A stretch of DNA of 64,000 nucleotides from Octopus sinensis (Eukaryota): assembly GCF_006345805.1 (NCBI RefSeq), contig NC_043013.1, positions 43,338,001 to 43,402,000 on the forward strand. Direction: 5' to 3'. Shown here one piece after another: positions 37,001-47,630 of this stretch. The number at the start of each line of letters is the position of its first letter. Within the stretch, counting starts at the first letter, position 1. The position numbers and the translations under genes were made by a program. The notes beneath the pieces were generated by a model that saw only the letters and a program-made list of their open reading frames with translations, had not been told where the DNA came from and did not search any database.

Positions 37001-40000
37001 TCAAACTTTTTGCTGGAGCAGAACCCCAAGGAAACATTCCACTGGCTCGAGGAACCCCTGTGCAATAATTTAATAGTCTTATGCACACATATCTGCACAG
37101 GAGAATTAAAAATTACTGCCGATTTTAGCAGTTTTGTAACTTCTTGCGGAACCCCTGGACTGTACTGGCGGAACCCTAAGGTTCCACGGAACCCTGGTTG
37201 AAAACCACTGCATTAGAGAATCAGACAAAGCACCAACCAGAACACTCACCATCATAACCGACAGACAGCTGGGCAAACAAACATACCAATCTTAGGAAGT
37301 GGTCTGGCTGCAGAACTGTAAGAATCTAAGACTCGATGCCTTGTGGTATTTTCCTGGGTTTTTTGTCATTTTGAGTTCAAATTTCACCATGGTTTATATG
37401 AGTGGTAGACTTACCCTGGCACCCAGTTTAACACCACTATCTGTCACCTTGGTTAGTCTACATTACTCTATAAGGAGCACGAGGCCGGTTTCCTGGTTTC
37501 TTTGGCATATATATATTCTCTGCTGGACAGGAACCCAATCCATCACTGGGTCACTCATTTTTCCCAGCTGAGTGGACTGGAGCAACATGAAATAAAGCGT
37601 TTTGCTCAAGAACACAATGCACCACCCAGTCCAGGAATCGAAACCACAATCTTACGATCATGAGTCCAACACTCTAACCACTAAGCCACCTGCCTCCACA
37701 CCTAGCACCATGGGCTTCTTAAATAGAGTTCACTCTGATACAAGCATTCCAGCCAGGCTTCTAGTTTAAGGATACTTTAGTCCCTCCCTCCTTCCCCACC
37801 TCTAGTCTGAGAGTCTCTGTAACAGGTCAAGGACCCTACTTTCCTTCTTTGTTAAAAGATAAGAAAATAATAAAGTACCTCTCTATTTTTAAAGTTTTAC
37901 TATTATTTATTTTTATTTTATGTTTTTTTTTATTATCTTAAGAAATGAACTAGATTATACATTTTCTTCCATTTTTTAAGACTGTAATTTGAAGGTTTAG
38001 TTGCTATTTCTAGCTAATCAGGTGACTGTGATTCTCAACCATTTTTAGCCTATGGGCCTCTTTGATTTTTATTTTACTCGACAGGGGCCTCATAGCTATT
38101 TTACTCTACTGGGTCTCAATATTTAAAAAAACCCTATTATAGTTTTATAATTAAATAATATTAGGAACTGCGATGATGTCAGAAATGCTCCAGCATGGCT
38201 GAAGTCAAATGACTGAAACAAGTAAAAGAAAATTGTAGGTGTGTAAGTAATTTATTGCACGTAAACATTAACAATAAAATCTTATATGGACCCCAATTGG
38301 GACCCACTTGTGTAGTGGATCTCTCATGCCCTTAATATAATTGTGTAACCCGTCATCTTAACTTGGAGTCATAATATGTGTCTTTAGGCATGTGAGATGA
38401 TTTATCTGTGTCTCAGTTCTTCACCTTAGCAACATACAAGCTATTTCACACTATCACCTATACATTCCACCACCACCACTACCACCTCCACTACCACCAT
38501 TCAAGGCTAAGGTAGGAGTTGGTGGTAATGAGGTGAGGGGAAAGTAGAAATATATATATACATATAACATGTGATATGTTCTCAGGATTCGTAACTATGA
38601 CAAATGGAGATTTTCCCAACAGAAAAGAGGTCAGAAGCAGTTGTTTTAAATCTAAGTCAATGACTGATCAGAGGCATTTCAACTCTGACCATCCTGTCTG
38701 ATTATCCATCCAGGACCACACAACCTACTCTAACCTCCATCCTACTATTTCGATTTTATGAAAGTAGGGTGTGACTTTTGAAGGAAATTTTGATAGTATT
38801 TTCAAAGAGATCAAATAACCATTAAAAAACACTATAAGATTTGTTATAAAAGTTTAGTGGTGGAATTTAACAACAGCATTGTGATCAGTGTTATAAGATA
38901 GGAAAAAGAACCGTCTGTTTGTTGACAATGAAAGCTTATTATTGCATGCAAAGGGATTCTCTACCACTAGAAATAGCAGCCAAAAATCTTTCCCACAAAT
39001 CAGACCCTACCATCTTAAAAACAGAAAGATACATTGAGCAATGCTGTACTAGATCCACTAAAAGCCAGGGTGGTTATGGCTTGAATGCCTTTCATCAAGG
39101 GAGCCAAACAATAATCCCTACCTGTGATAAACTAGCATTTTATCCACAGGAGTAATTATCTTTTAATGCATGTTAATACTGTGTTAAATATTAGACACCA
39201 TTAACATTATTACTGTATATAATTAACACACACCAACTAATATACATATATCCATTTATTATACACACAGGCATGGGGCTGTGTGGTAATAAGCTTACTT
39301 TCCAACCACATGGTTCTGGGTTCATTTGGACTGCATGGCACCTTGAGAAAATGTCTTCCACAAAAGTCTTGGGTCGAACAAAGCCTTGTGAGTGGATCTG
39401 GTAGGCAGAAACTGAAATGTATAGGCGGCAAGCTGGCAGAAACGTTAGCATGCCGGACGAAATGCTTAATGGTATTTCGTCTGCTGTTACGTTCTGAGTT
39501 CAAATTCCGCTGAGGTCGACTTTGCCTTCCATCCTTTCTGGGTCGATTAAATAAGTACCAGTTACGCACTGGGGTTGATATAATCGACTTATTCCATTTG
39601 TCTGTCCTTGTTTGTCCTCTCTGTGTTTAGCCCCTTGTGGGTAGTAAAGAAATAGGTATTTTGTCTGCTATTACGTTCTGAGTATAAATTCCGCCGAGGT
39701 CAACTTTGCAATTCATCCTCTAAGGGGTCGATAAATTAAGTACCAATTATGCACTGGGGTCGATGTAATCGACTTAATCCGTTTGTCAGTCCTTGTTTGT
39801 CCCCTCTGTGTTTAACTCCTTGTGGGCAATAAAGAAATAAGAAACTGAACTGCACCCAGTACACTCTAAAAAGTGTTTGGCATTAGGAAGGGCATCCAGC
39901 TGTAGAAACCAAGCCAAAACAGAGTATGGAATCTGGTGTGGCCCCTGGCCTTGTAAGCTCCTGTCAAACCATCCAACTCATACCAGCACTGTGAACAGAC

Positions 40001-43000
40001 ATTAAATGATGATAATGATATTGTATGTGTGTATGTGTTTACTTGTCTTGGTACCCTGTGCTAACTGTATACGAATGTCACCATCATACAAAATGTGTCA
40101 CTTTTTTAGCAATCATCTGTGAAAAAATATCTAGGTTAAGGGGAAAATATCACCTTGTTTAGAAACAGGTGAGGATTGGCAACTGGAAGAGCATCCTGCT
40201 ATAGAAAATCAGTCTCAACAAATTTTTTTCTGACCGATGCATGGAAAAGTAGACATTACAAAGATGATGATAGTATTATACGAAAACATTTTTATATCAG
40301 TCTATTTATATAAAATGGAGATGCTATCAAATTTCCATTTCCCAAAGATGGGAAAACATATAAAACCAGTTGGTGTGAGTTATGAAGGATTAGTTTAAAA
40401 ACAAAAACTATAAACTTTACTTCTGGCATTGAGAGTTTTTTTCTTTTGTTTTTTTTTTTCATTTTTTTTTCCAATCTAGCTTATAACACAACTATTTACC
40501 TTAATTATGTGTAGGCACAAGTGTGGCTATGTAATAAGAAACTTGTTTCCCAAGGCGGCGAGCTGGCAGAAACATTAGCAAGCCGGGCGAAATGCGTAGC
40601 CGTATTTCGTCTGCCGTTACGTTCTGAGTTCAAATTCTACCGAGGTCAACTTTGCTGTTCATCCTTTCAGGGTCGATACATTAAGTACCAGTTATGCACT
40701 TAATCCGTTTGTCTATCCTTGTTTGTCCTCTCTGTGTTCAGCCCCTTGTGGATAGTAAAGAAATAGGTATTTCATCTGCTGTTAAGTTCTGAGTTCAAAT
40801 TCTGCCGAGGTCGACTTTACCTTTCATCCTTTCGGGGTCAATTAAATAAGTACCAGTTATGCACTGGGGTCGATGTAATCGATTTAATCCCTTTGTCTGT
40901 CCTTGTTTGTCCACTCTATGTTTAGCCCCTTGTGGGCAATAAAGAAATAAGAAATAAGAAACCACATGGTTCCAGGTTCAGTCCCACTGCATGGCACCTT
41001 GGGCAAGTGCCTTTAACTATAGCCCTGGGCCAACGAAAACCTTGTGAGTGGATTTGGTAGATGGAAACTGAAAGGAGCCAGTCATGTGTGTGTGTCCTTG
41101 TGTCTGTATCTGTCCTCCACTACTGCTTGAGAACTGTTGTAGGTGTGTTTAAGTCCTCATAACTCAATGGTTTGGCAAAAGAGATCGATAAAATAAGTAC
41201 CAGGTATGAAAAAAAAAAAAGATTTATTTGACTAAAACCTCTTCAAGGCATTACCCCAGCATGGCTGCAGTCCAATGACCGAAACAAGTAAAATAAAATC
41301 AAAGGTCCTCCTGGAGCCATAGGTTATTAAAGCTGGCTTCCCAGATTCAGAGGCATATATATTACCCCACAGGAGGGGGACACCTGTCTGTTGCAGGATT
41401 ATTTGGTTTTTGTCAACTGGATGGAGCAACATGAAATGAAGAGTTTTGCTCGAGATCACAATGCATTGCCTGATCTAGAAATCAAAATCACAATCTTACA
41501 ATCACGCAACACATTTAATCATTAAGCCACACACCTCCACAGTTCTAAATATATATATATTTCTTTACTACCCACAAGGGGCTAAACATAGAGGGGACAA
41601 ATAAGGACAGACAAACAGATTAAGTCGATTATATTGACCCCAGTGCGAAACTAGTACTTTATTTATCGACTCTGAAAGGATGAAAGGCAAAGTTGACCTC
41701 GGAGGAATTTGAACTCAGAACACAACGACAGACGAAATACCACTAAGCATTTTGCCCGGCGCACTAACGTTTCTGCCAGCTCACCACCCTAAATATATAT
41801 ATGCAGTTCTAAATATATATATATGCATACATATATGTGTGTGTGTGTGTACGGACTACCATTTATATTCTTAAATAGTGAATACAGTGCTTGTGTTTTA
41901 AATAGAACCACTCCTGTTAGTAATAATAATGATGACAATAAATGTATTATCAGGGTTTCACAATAACACAATAAAAGGAAGGAAGAGAATTTAAACAGAT
42001 TTAAACAACAGATCACAAGACAAAACGGATGTTGATAGACATCTAAAACATGGTTCACGTGTACTATGCTGCCCACCATCTAGTTGTCACCAAAGAACTA
42101 CATTCTAACAGCAAACAAGTACCACTAGTATGTAAGAAGTATAGATATAGTATAGGCGCAGGAGTGGCAGTGTCGTAAGTAGCTTGTTTACCGACCACAT
42201 GGTTGCGGGTTCAGTCCCATTGCGTGGCACCTTGGGCAAGCGTTTTCTATTATAAGCCTTGGACCGACCAAAGCCTTGTGAGTGGATTTGGTCAACGGAA
42301 ACTGAAAGAAGCCTGTCGTATATATGTATATGTGTGTGTGTGTGTGTGTATGTTTGTGTGTCTGTGTTTGTCCCCCCAACATCGCTTGACAACCGATGCT
42401 GGTGTGTTTACGTCCCCGCAACTTAGCAGGTCAGCAAAAGAGACTGATAGAATAAGTACTAGGCTTACAGCAAATAAGTCCTGGGGTCGATTTGCTCGAC
42501 TAAGGGTGGTGCTCCAGCATGGCCGCAGTCAAATGATTGAAACAAGTAAAAGAGTATGTTTATGTTTGTTGCAACTAAATGGGAGAGATACATTTTTAGG
42601 AGCTTACTATACTGGGTGTCTGCAGAGTGGAGGCACATGGCTTTGTGATTAAGGTGTTGGGCTCATGATCATAAGATTGTGCTTTCAATTCCTGGACTGG
42701 GCATTGCATTGGGTTCTCGAACAAAAAAACACTTCATTTCATGTTGCTCCAGTCCAGTCCTTTGGTGAAAATGAATATTCCTGCAATGAACTGGTGTCCC
42801 ATCTGAGGAGGTGGGGTATATATATATATACACCACAGAAACTGGGAAACCAGCAGTGAGCTGGCAGACATGTGAAAGGCATGCTGGTGATGTGTAAAGG
42901 GCACCTGTGCCAGTGACATCTAATAGGCACCCATGCTGGTGACACATAAAAGACACACAGTATACTCTGTGGAATGGTTGATGTTAGGAAGAGCATCCAG

Positions 43001-46000
43001 CCATAGAATCCAAGCAAAAACCAACTATAGCAGGATGTGCAGCCTGAGTTGGCAAGGTAGGCAGCGCCTACTCTGAATAAAATAGATCAATAGTAATATT
43101 TTCCTTTTATGGCAAAATATGCACCTAATTCAATAAAATTATGAAGGTTACTCTGATTACTATGCATAAAATACAAAATATTTTACATTTTTGTAGATTA
43201 GGTAGGCATAATTTGCCCCTGCCTTTCAACCTCAGTATTAAAGCTACGCATAGAACTGCTGTAGTACACATGCTGCGTACATTCCTACAACAATGTTTTC
43301 TTTACATGCTATAAAGGCAGAAGCTATTCTGCCTCCAACTCAGTTGCACGTCTGTGTTTCACTTATTTTTTTGTGTGTTTTACTGCATAAACGTCACCAA
43401 CTGCCTACCCTGAGTAATTACTGACGGCACGTGCCTGAACCATAGTCTGCTGCAGCTCTCCAGTTCCAGTCAAACCGTCTTACCCATGCTAGCATGAAAA
43501 ACGGAGGCTAAATGATGACGATGATGATAATAATATTAGGGACCCAGTTAAAACACTACTACAGAATATGGCAAATCTAATGTATTGTTTGTCGACCATT
43601 CTTGTTGTCATTTCCTTTTTCTGCTGACAACATCTAAAAGCAATTACAGGTGGATGTGATAGCTTTTAGATGTATTTAAGAGTCTTTTTTGAATGTAAGA
43701 ACTACTGTGTTTATGTTGGTCTGTACACCTGTAGATTCAAGTCGTAGGCAGAATAGCGGTGGGTGCACCTATAATCTACAAAATAGTAAAATGGCTGTGT
43801 GGTAAATAGCTTGCTAACCAACCACATGGTTCTGGGTTCAGTCCCACTGCATGGCATCTTGGGCAAGTGTCTTCTGCTATAGCTCTGGGCCGACCAATGC
43901 CTTGTGAGTGGATTTGGTAGACGGAAACTGAAAGAAGCCTGTCGTATATATGTATATATATATATATATGTGTCTGTGTTTGTCCCCCTAGCATTGCTTG
44001 ACAACCGATGCTGGTGTGTTTACGTCCCCGTCACTTAGCGGTTCGGCAAAAGAGACCGATAGAATAAGTACTGGGCTTACAAAGAATAAGTCCCAGGGTC
44101 GATTTGCTCGACTAAAGGCGATGCTCCAGCATGGCCGCAGTCAAATGACTGAAACAAGTAAAAGAGTAAAGAGTAAAGAGTAATCAGAGTAACCTTCATA
44201 ATTTTATTGAATTAGGAGCATATTTTGCCATAGAAGGAAAATAGTAGGTGCATCCCAGCACAACACGATCCAGTATGCTACTAAGCATGGCAAACTTGGC
44301 TGTTTTATATAGCAGGCCAATAAAGCAGGTGCCAGATTGAAATGAGTTCTGGGGTCATTATGACTAACTAGGCCATTGAAGGGGCTGCCCCAGCATGACC
44401 ATGCTTTAATCAATGAAATCAGTAAAAGAATAAACTGCAGAATTTAGATGCACATGCATGGCTGTAAATTAAAGAAGTTTGCTTTCCAGCCTCATGATTT
44501 CAGGTTCAATCCCACAATGCAACACCTCAAGCATGTGTCTTCTACTATAGCCCCAAAACAACTGAAGCCTTGTGAGTAGATTTGATAGAGGGAAACTGAA
44601 AGAAGCCCATCACATATTATATATATATATATAGGCGCAAGAGTGGCTGTGTGGTAAGTAGCTCGCTTACCAACCACATGGGTCTGGGTTCAGTCCCACT
44701 GCATGGTTGGAAAAGTGTCTTCTACTATAGCCTCGGGCCGACCAAAGCCTTGAGAGTGGATTTGGTAGACGGAAACTGAAAGAAGCCTATCATATATATG
44801 TATATGTATATATATGATGTGTGTGTATATGTTTGTGTGTCTGTGTTTGTCCCCCAAACATCGCTTGACAACCGATGCTGGTGTGTTTACGTCCCTGTAA
44901 CTTAGCAGTTCGGTAAAAGAGGCCGATAGAATAAGTACTAGGCTTCCAAAGAATAAGTCCTGGGGTCGATTTGCTCGACTAAAAGAGGTGCTCCAGCATG
45001 GCCGCAGTCAAATTACTGAAACAAGTAAAAGAGTAAATATATATATATCACTATCATCATTTAAAATCCATGCTCCATGCTGCTGGCATGAGTTAGACAG
45101 TGTGACAGGATCTCATAGGTCCAAGGGCTGCATTGTGTTCCAGCATCTGCTGTGGCATAGTTTCAATGGTCAGATGCCCTTCCTAATGCCAACCCCTTTA
45201 CAATGTAAGTGCTGGGTGCTTTTCTCATGCCACTGGCGTTGGTGAGATCACCATGCAGCTTGCAAGTCGACAAAACTCAGTGAGGATGCTTTATAGAAGC
45301 AGATGTGGATTAAGATAGGAGAGGAGGAGAAAGGCAGAGCAGGTTCTTGCTGAAGGGGAGCGACATGGCTACTCACATTTAGAAAAAATTAGAAATGAAT
45401 GTGTGTGTGTGTGTGTTCTTGTCTTGATATCATGTGATAATTGTAAATGAGTGTCACTTTCATACAAGCAGTGTAATTCACTTCTAACATTCTGCAAAAA
45501 ATGTCTGGCTATGGGGAGATATTGCCTTGCTTGGAAACAGGAAAGAGGAAGGGCATCCAGCCATTTAAAATCTGCCTCAGTTAATCCCGTCCTACCCATG
45601 CTAACATGGAAAAACTGAACGTTAAAATGATGATGTGATGATGATGATCTAGAAGTCATTCTTAGTTTCTATGATGCTGTAAATATATATTAGACACACA
45701 CATAAAGTGTATGTGTGGTGTATATATATGTAATTATGAATAATGTATTATGCATAACCAGTACAGAGAATCAGAAATAGGATGGTGGGGGAGAGACACA
45801 CAAACTGAAAAGGTTCGCGCAAATGTCACAGTAAAAACTGAAAACGCATACAGACACTAACAATGGTTGCAAATTCTAAATATAAACTGTGAAATTATGC
45901 GTACACTAAATGAATGCAGTAAATATATATAATGTAGTAGTCCCACATTTATGTACATATAATCAAGTGTATTTTATACACTATGTACTTGGATGCGTGC

Positions 46001-47445
46001 AAAAGCATGAATCACTTGACATAAAAAAGCGTTTTCGTGTTTACATTTATATATTTCTTTTATATGCACTTTTGCGATCTCCAAATTGTCTCGTCCTCGG
46101 CGTGTATGTTTTTGTAACGAAATATACTATTAGTTATGTGTACTTAGTGAGAAATTTAAGATCAGTCCTCTTTTTTTAGGTCTTTGTTAGAAAAGGAATG
46201 AACACAGTACATATTTTTTAAAAAATCAATTTTGCAAGATCTCATAATAGCCTTATTGAATAATAAATATTTAATAGTATTTTTCATTTCCTAAGTGAAT
46301 TATAATTTTGTTGATGAGTTGAGTATCTCTTTTATTTATTGTTAATCGTTCGACCGCTCTTACATAAACATTCGATACACTTCGATACTTAAATTCCTGC
46401 TGTAAATTTGTCATCTTGTGCAGACGTATAGAATCTTTGTTATGAACGAATTACAACCTTCTATTTTTTATGGTTTTTATCATTAATACTGGAGATTTAC
46501 AGCAAATAAGATTTTATTTTATGTAGTTCGTCAGCCTTAACGTTCAAAGTTCAAATTCAGCTGAGATCGACTTTGCTTTTCATCCTACTAGGATCGATAA
46601 AATAAGCACTGGGGTGGATATATTCGACTTACCCCTTCCCCGAGCTTGCTAGCCTTGTGCCAAAATTTGAAACCATTATTATTATTATTTGCAGTGAGTT
46701 TAAAAAAAAAAAAAAGGCATCAGGACGAAGTGTTGCGACAGTATAAGAATATTTGGTATTGATGGTAAGAGATCTCAGAAAAATAAATCAAACTACTGAG
46801 TTAAGGGTTTTTAGTTAAGGGCTGTTGTAAGCCCACAAAACGGAGCGAATAAACATAAACAAAAGGGTTGTGGATAAAACTGGCAGGAAATAGGAGAGAA
46901 TTCATTTGTAATAAGGATTTCATACATTATCACAAGATGACGAATTTGTAGGCGGAAATAAACTACACAAGTGTATCGATTATTTATAGAAGAGAGTAGA
47001 AAGATTAGCAGTAAATAACATACATAAGTTTTCTTCTAAATTTGTTTCGCTTTCAAGAAGTCCCGGAAATAAAGAAAGAAAAAAGACACAACATTACATA
47101 ATATGTAGGTGTATGTTGCAGATATTATGGAGGTAGCGATTGAATATCAACGAGATGATTAAATTTTAATTAATGATGGTGTGATGATGAAAGGAAGAAA
47201 CGAGCTGAGTGGATGTGATACAAAATAGAGCGCAAGAGGGGGGAGGAGTTGGAAACACGAAACTTACTTTCGAAAAAGCTACAAACATACCGCACGCATA
47301 TTCGTCATTCACTTCGCTAACACCATATGGTTTTTAGCAGTACTGAAGCATAAACACTTACAAAATATTAATTAAATCTCTATATTTAAAGTAAATCTTA
47401 CCAATTTCCCGAACCAACAATACAGATTTTCTTTAGAGTTGTCAT
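5690..47445 (-). CDS. GPD1: Glycerol-3-phosphate dehydrogenase [NAD+], cytosolic; whole gene span, join(47445-47402,29743-29563,22446-22306,20760-20619,16339-16227,14422-14302,9408-9299,8530-8424,5786-5690), 351 aa
   Basis: Manually spliced. All 8 introns are GT-AG with compatible phases; exon lengths 44+181+141+142+113+121+110+107+97=1056 nt with no internal stop. Family motifs: GSGNWGS (Rossmann), [72 protein letters not shown]1 versus GPD1L cannot be separated outside vertebrates. Confidence 0.96.
6466..6748 (-). mobile_element. RTE-type LINE 3' fragment of a different family
   Basis: [15 protein letters not shown]...LLLWKP...[11 protein letters not shown] followed by a (GAT)n tail. Confidence 0.8.
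7062..7458 (+). mobile_element. SINE family A, full length (tRNA-like head, CCTTGGGCAAGT CORE-like box, internal TA/TG microsatellite, 3' hairpin and (GAGTAAA)n-like tail)
   Basis: A box TGGCTGTGTGG, B box GGTTCAGTCCC; more than 15 copies or fragments in the window. Confidence 0.85.
8128..8357 (+). mobile_element. SINE B monomer (another monomer at about 41560-41788 on -)
   Basis: Head, single body and AAAGAAATAA tail. Confidence 0.8.
8424..8530 (-). CDS. GPD1: GPD1 exon 8 ([24 protein letters not shown]...ED-R)
   Basis: cttctcttcaccag acceptor, gtaaaa donor, 107 nt. Confidence 0.95.
8610..9135. repeat. Degenerate (GAGT)n tract with ~20-bp higher-order unit GAGTAAGTGAGGGAGTGAAT, in GPD1 intron 7
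   Basis: Direct reading. Confidence 0.85.
9299..9408 (-). CDS. GPD1: GPD1 exon 7 ([36 protein letters not shown])
   Basis: gttttcag acceptor, gtaac donor, 110 nt. Confidence 0.96.
9432..10218 (-). mobile_element. 5'-truncated RTE-type LINE: ORF C-terminus plus 3' UTR with ~55-bp tandem repeats and (GAT)n tail
   Basis: ORF 9963-10199 ([12 protein letters not shown]...GRPRKTWDE...RDLWK) runs directly into the repeat ending at (CAT)n on the + strand. Confidence 0.85.
10545..11022 (-). mobile_element. 3' UTR-only copy of the same RTE family
   Basis: (CAT)n-CGTTTAA..., CTGGATGCCCTTCCTAACGCCAACCACTCC, repeated GTGCCACCGGCAC units. Confidence 0.8.
11525..13730 (+). mobile_element. RTE-clade LINE, 5'-truncated, frameshifted and internally deleted, antisense in GPD1 intron 6
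   Basis: APE motifs (DFNAKVG, WTWISPN, EIDYILV); RT ORF 12506-13699 ([53 protein letters not shown]); tail (TCAAAGTGA)2; flanked by (TA)n. Confidence 0.93.
14302..14422 (-). CDS. GPD1: GPD1 exon 6 ([41 protein letters not shown])
   Basis: aatttcag acceptor, gtaac donor, 121 nt. Confidence 0.95.
15148..15705 (-). mobile_element. 3' UTR copy of the RTE family with tandem 55-bp units
   Basis: Same sequence as 10545-11022. Confidence 0.8.
16227..16339 (-). CDS. GPD1: GPD1 exon 5 (GCTDPE...TVEICGALK)
   Basis: tctgttccag acceptor, gtgagt donor, 113 nt; ends at the catalytic Lys of GALKN. Confidence 0.96.
16633..17024 (+). mobile_element. SINE A, full length
   Basis: Similarity to 7062-7458. Confidence 0.85.
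18530..18922 (+). mobile_element. SINE B dimer
   Basis: Head plus two bodies. Confidence 0.8.
20033..20428 (-). mobile_element. SINE A, followed by an inverted fragment at about 20432-20530
   Basis: Similarity to 7062-7458. Confidence 0.85.
20619..20760 (-). CDS. GPD1: GPD1 exon 4 ([15 protein letters not shown]...[21 protein letters not shown])
   Basis: ttttccag acceptor, gtaag donor, 142 nt. Confidence 0.96.
20806..21013. repeat. (GTA)n microsatellite with GCA/GTG interruptions
   Basis: Direct reading; source of the poly-L and poly-V pseudo-ORFs. Confidence 0.95.
21802..22112. mobile_element. RTE-type LINE relic with inverted 5' piece
   Basis: Minus strand [21 protein letters not shown] (about 21802-21880); plus strand [22 protein letters not shown] (about 21885-22110). 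Confidence 0.6.
22306..22446 (-). CDS. GPD1: GPD1 exon 3 ([24 protein letters not shown]...SLIK)
   Basis: tctctctgttccag acceptor, gtgggc donor, 141 nt; not in the ORF track. Confidence 0.96.
22676..22887. mobile_element. piggyBac-like MITE (related copies at 29056-29473, SINE-interrupted, and about 35030-35238)
   Basis: TTAA-CCCTGTAGCATTCA...TGAATGCTAAAGGA-TTAA. Confidence 0.6.
22936..24300 (-). mobile_element. Tigger/pogo-like DNA transposon relic (C-terminal transposase region plus one TIR), interrupted by a MITE
   Basis: TA-CAGGG...CCTTTTATCCGGAA end; acidic [27 protein letters not shown] and RQKTLEEVF segments typical of Tigger/Jerky C-termini. Confidence 0.65.
23239..23650 (-). mobile_element. 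MITE family M1, older copy nested in the Tigger relic
   Basis: Slightly diverged TIRs; degenerate TSD TAATATTT/CAATAGTA. Confidence 0.82.
25712..26112 (-). mobile_element. SINE B dimer
   Basis: Head plus two bodies. Confidence 0.8.
27702..28218. mobile_element. Tc1/mariner-pogo-type MITE
   Basis: TA-CCGTAAATCCTC..GAGTATA / TATACTCGAGGATTTACAG-TA. Confidence 0.75.
28486..29040 (-). mobile_element. 3' UTR copy (variant subfamily) of the RTE family
   Basis: Same tail and core, with diverged tandem units. Confidence 0.75.
29563..29743 (-). CDS. GPD1: GPD1 exon 2 (GSAIAKIVG...[16 protein letters not shown])
   Basis: ttcctttttctcag acceptor, gtcagt donor, 181 nt. Confidence 0.96.
29880..30095. 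mobile_element. mariner-type MITE (related copy at about 28270-28485)
   Basis: TA-CAAGAGAGTGTTGAAAAGTTCCAGGCT...AGCCAGGAATTTTTCAGCACCCCCTTG-TA. Confidence 0.7.
31228..31562 (-). mobile_element. SINE A, 3'-truncated, immediately downstream of tRNA-Val
   Basis: Similarity to 7062-7458. Confidence 0.8.
31581..31653 (-). tRNA. tRNA-Val, anticodon CAC, probably a decaying copy or pseudogene, in GPD1 intron 1
   Basis: GGTTCTGTAGTGTAGTGGTTACCATGCTCGCTTCACATGTGAGAGGCCCTGGGTTCGATCCCCAGTGGAACCA: cloverleaf with anticodon arm CTCGC-TTCACAT-GTGAG, several G-U pairs at TpG sites, T tract downstream. Confidence 0.8.
32571..32978. repeat. Long palindrome, arms about 200 bp, 13-nt loop (32771-32783)
   Basis: ...CTTGTTTCTGCCTGTCTCTGTCTCT / AGAGACAGAGACAGGCAGAAACAAG...; pairing continues out to CAAGGTAGAA / TTCTACCTTG. 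Confidence 0.9.
36992..37210. mobile_element. hAT-Charlie-type MITE
   Basis: CAGTGCTTTTCAA...TTGAAAACCACTG; perfect 8-bp TSD CATTAGAG. Confidence 0.85.
39424..39842 (+). mobile_element. SINE B dimer directly following a SINE A fragment
   Basis: Head plus two bodies. Confidence 0.8.
40554..40958 (+). mobile_element. SINE B dimer inserted in the head of a SINE A
   Basis: SINE A head at 40513-40551 resumes at about 40960 (ACCACATGGTTCC). Confidence 0.8.
42155..42555 (+). mobile_element. SINE A, full length (others at 43790-44182, 44634-45036, 30130-30500, 35640-35925)
   Basis: Similarity to 7062-7458. Confidence 0.85.
47402..47445 (-). CDS. GPD1: GPD1 exon 1 ([15 protein letters not shown])
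   Basis: ATG with A at -3, ends TG|gtaag; phase 2 completes Trp with exon 2. Confidence 0.93.
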
Positions 47446-47606
47446 TTTCTTCCTTGTATTTTAATCGTGAATTTACCGCTTCTTTCTCAAAGGTTGTCCA
47501 ACCACTTGGCAGTGAAAAACTGAAGTTTAGAATATAACAAATATATGCATTGATATTGAATACATAAAATCGTATATTTTTCTAATTAAAAAGGAGGTGA
47601 ATATGC

Positions 47607-47630
47607 TATATATATATATTTATATATAAA
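47607..47630 (-). promoter_or_regulatory. Possible TATA element of GPD1
   Basis: TATATAAATA on the minus strand about 170 nt upstream of the ATG, next to CpG-containing unique sequence; could also be a TA microsatellite. Confidence 0.25.
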
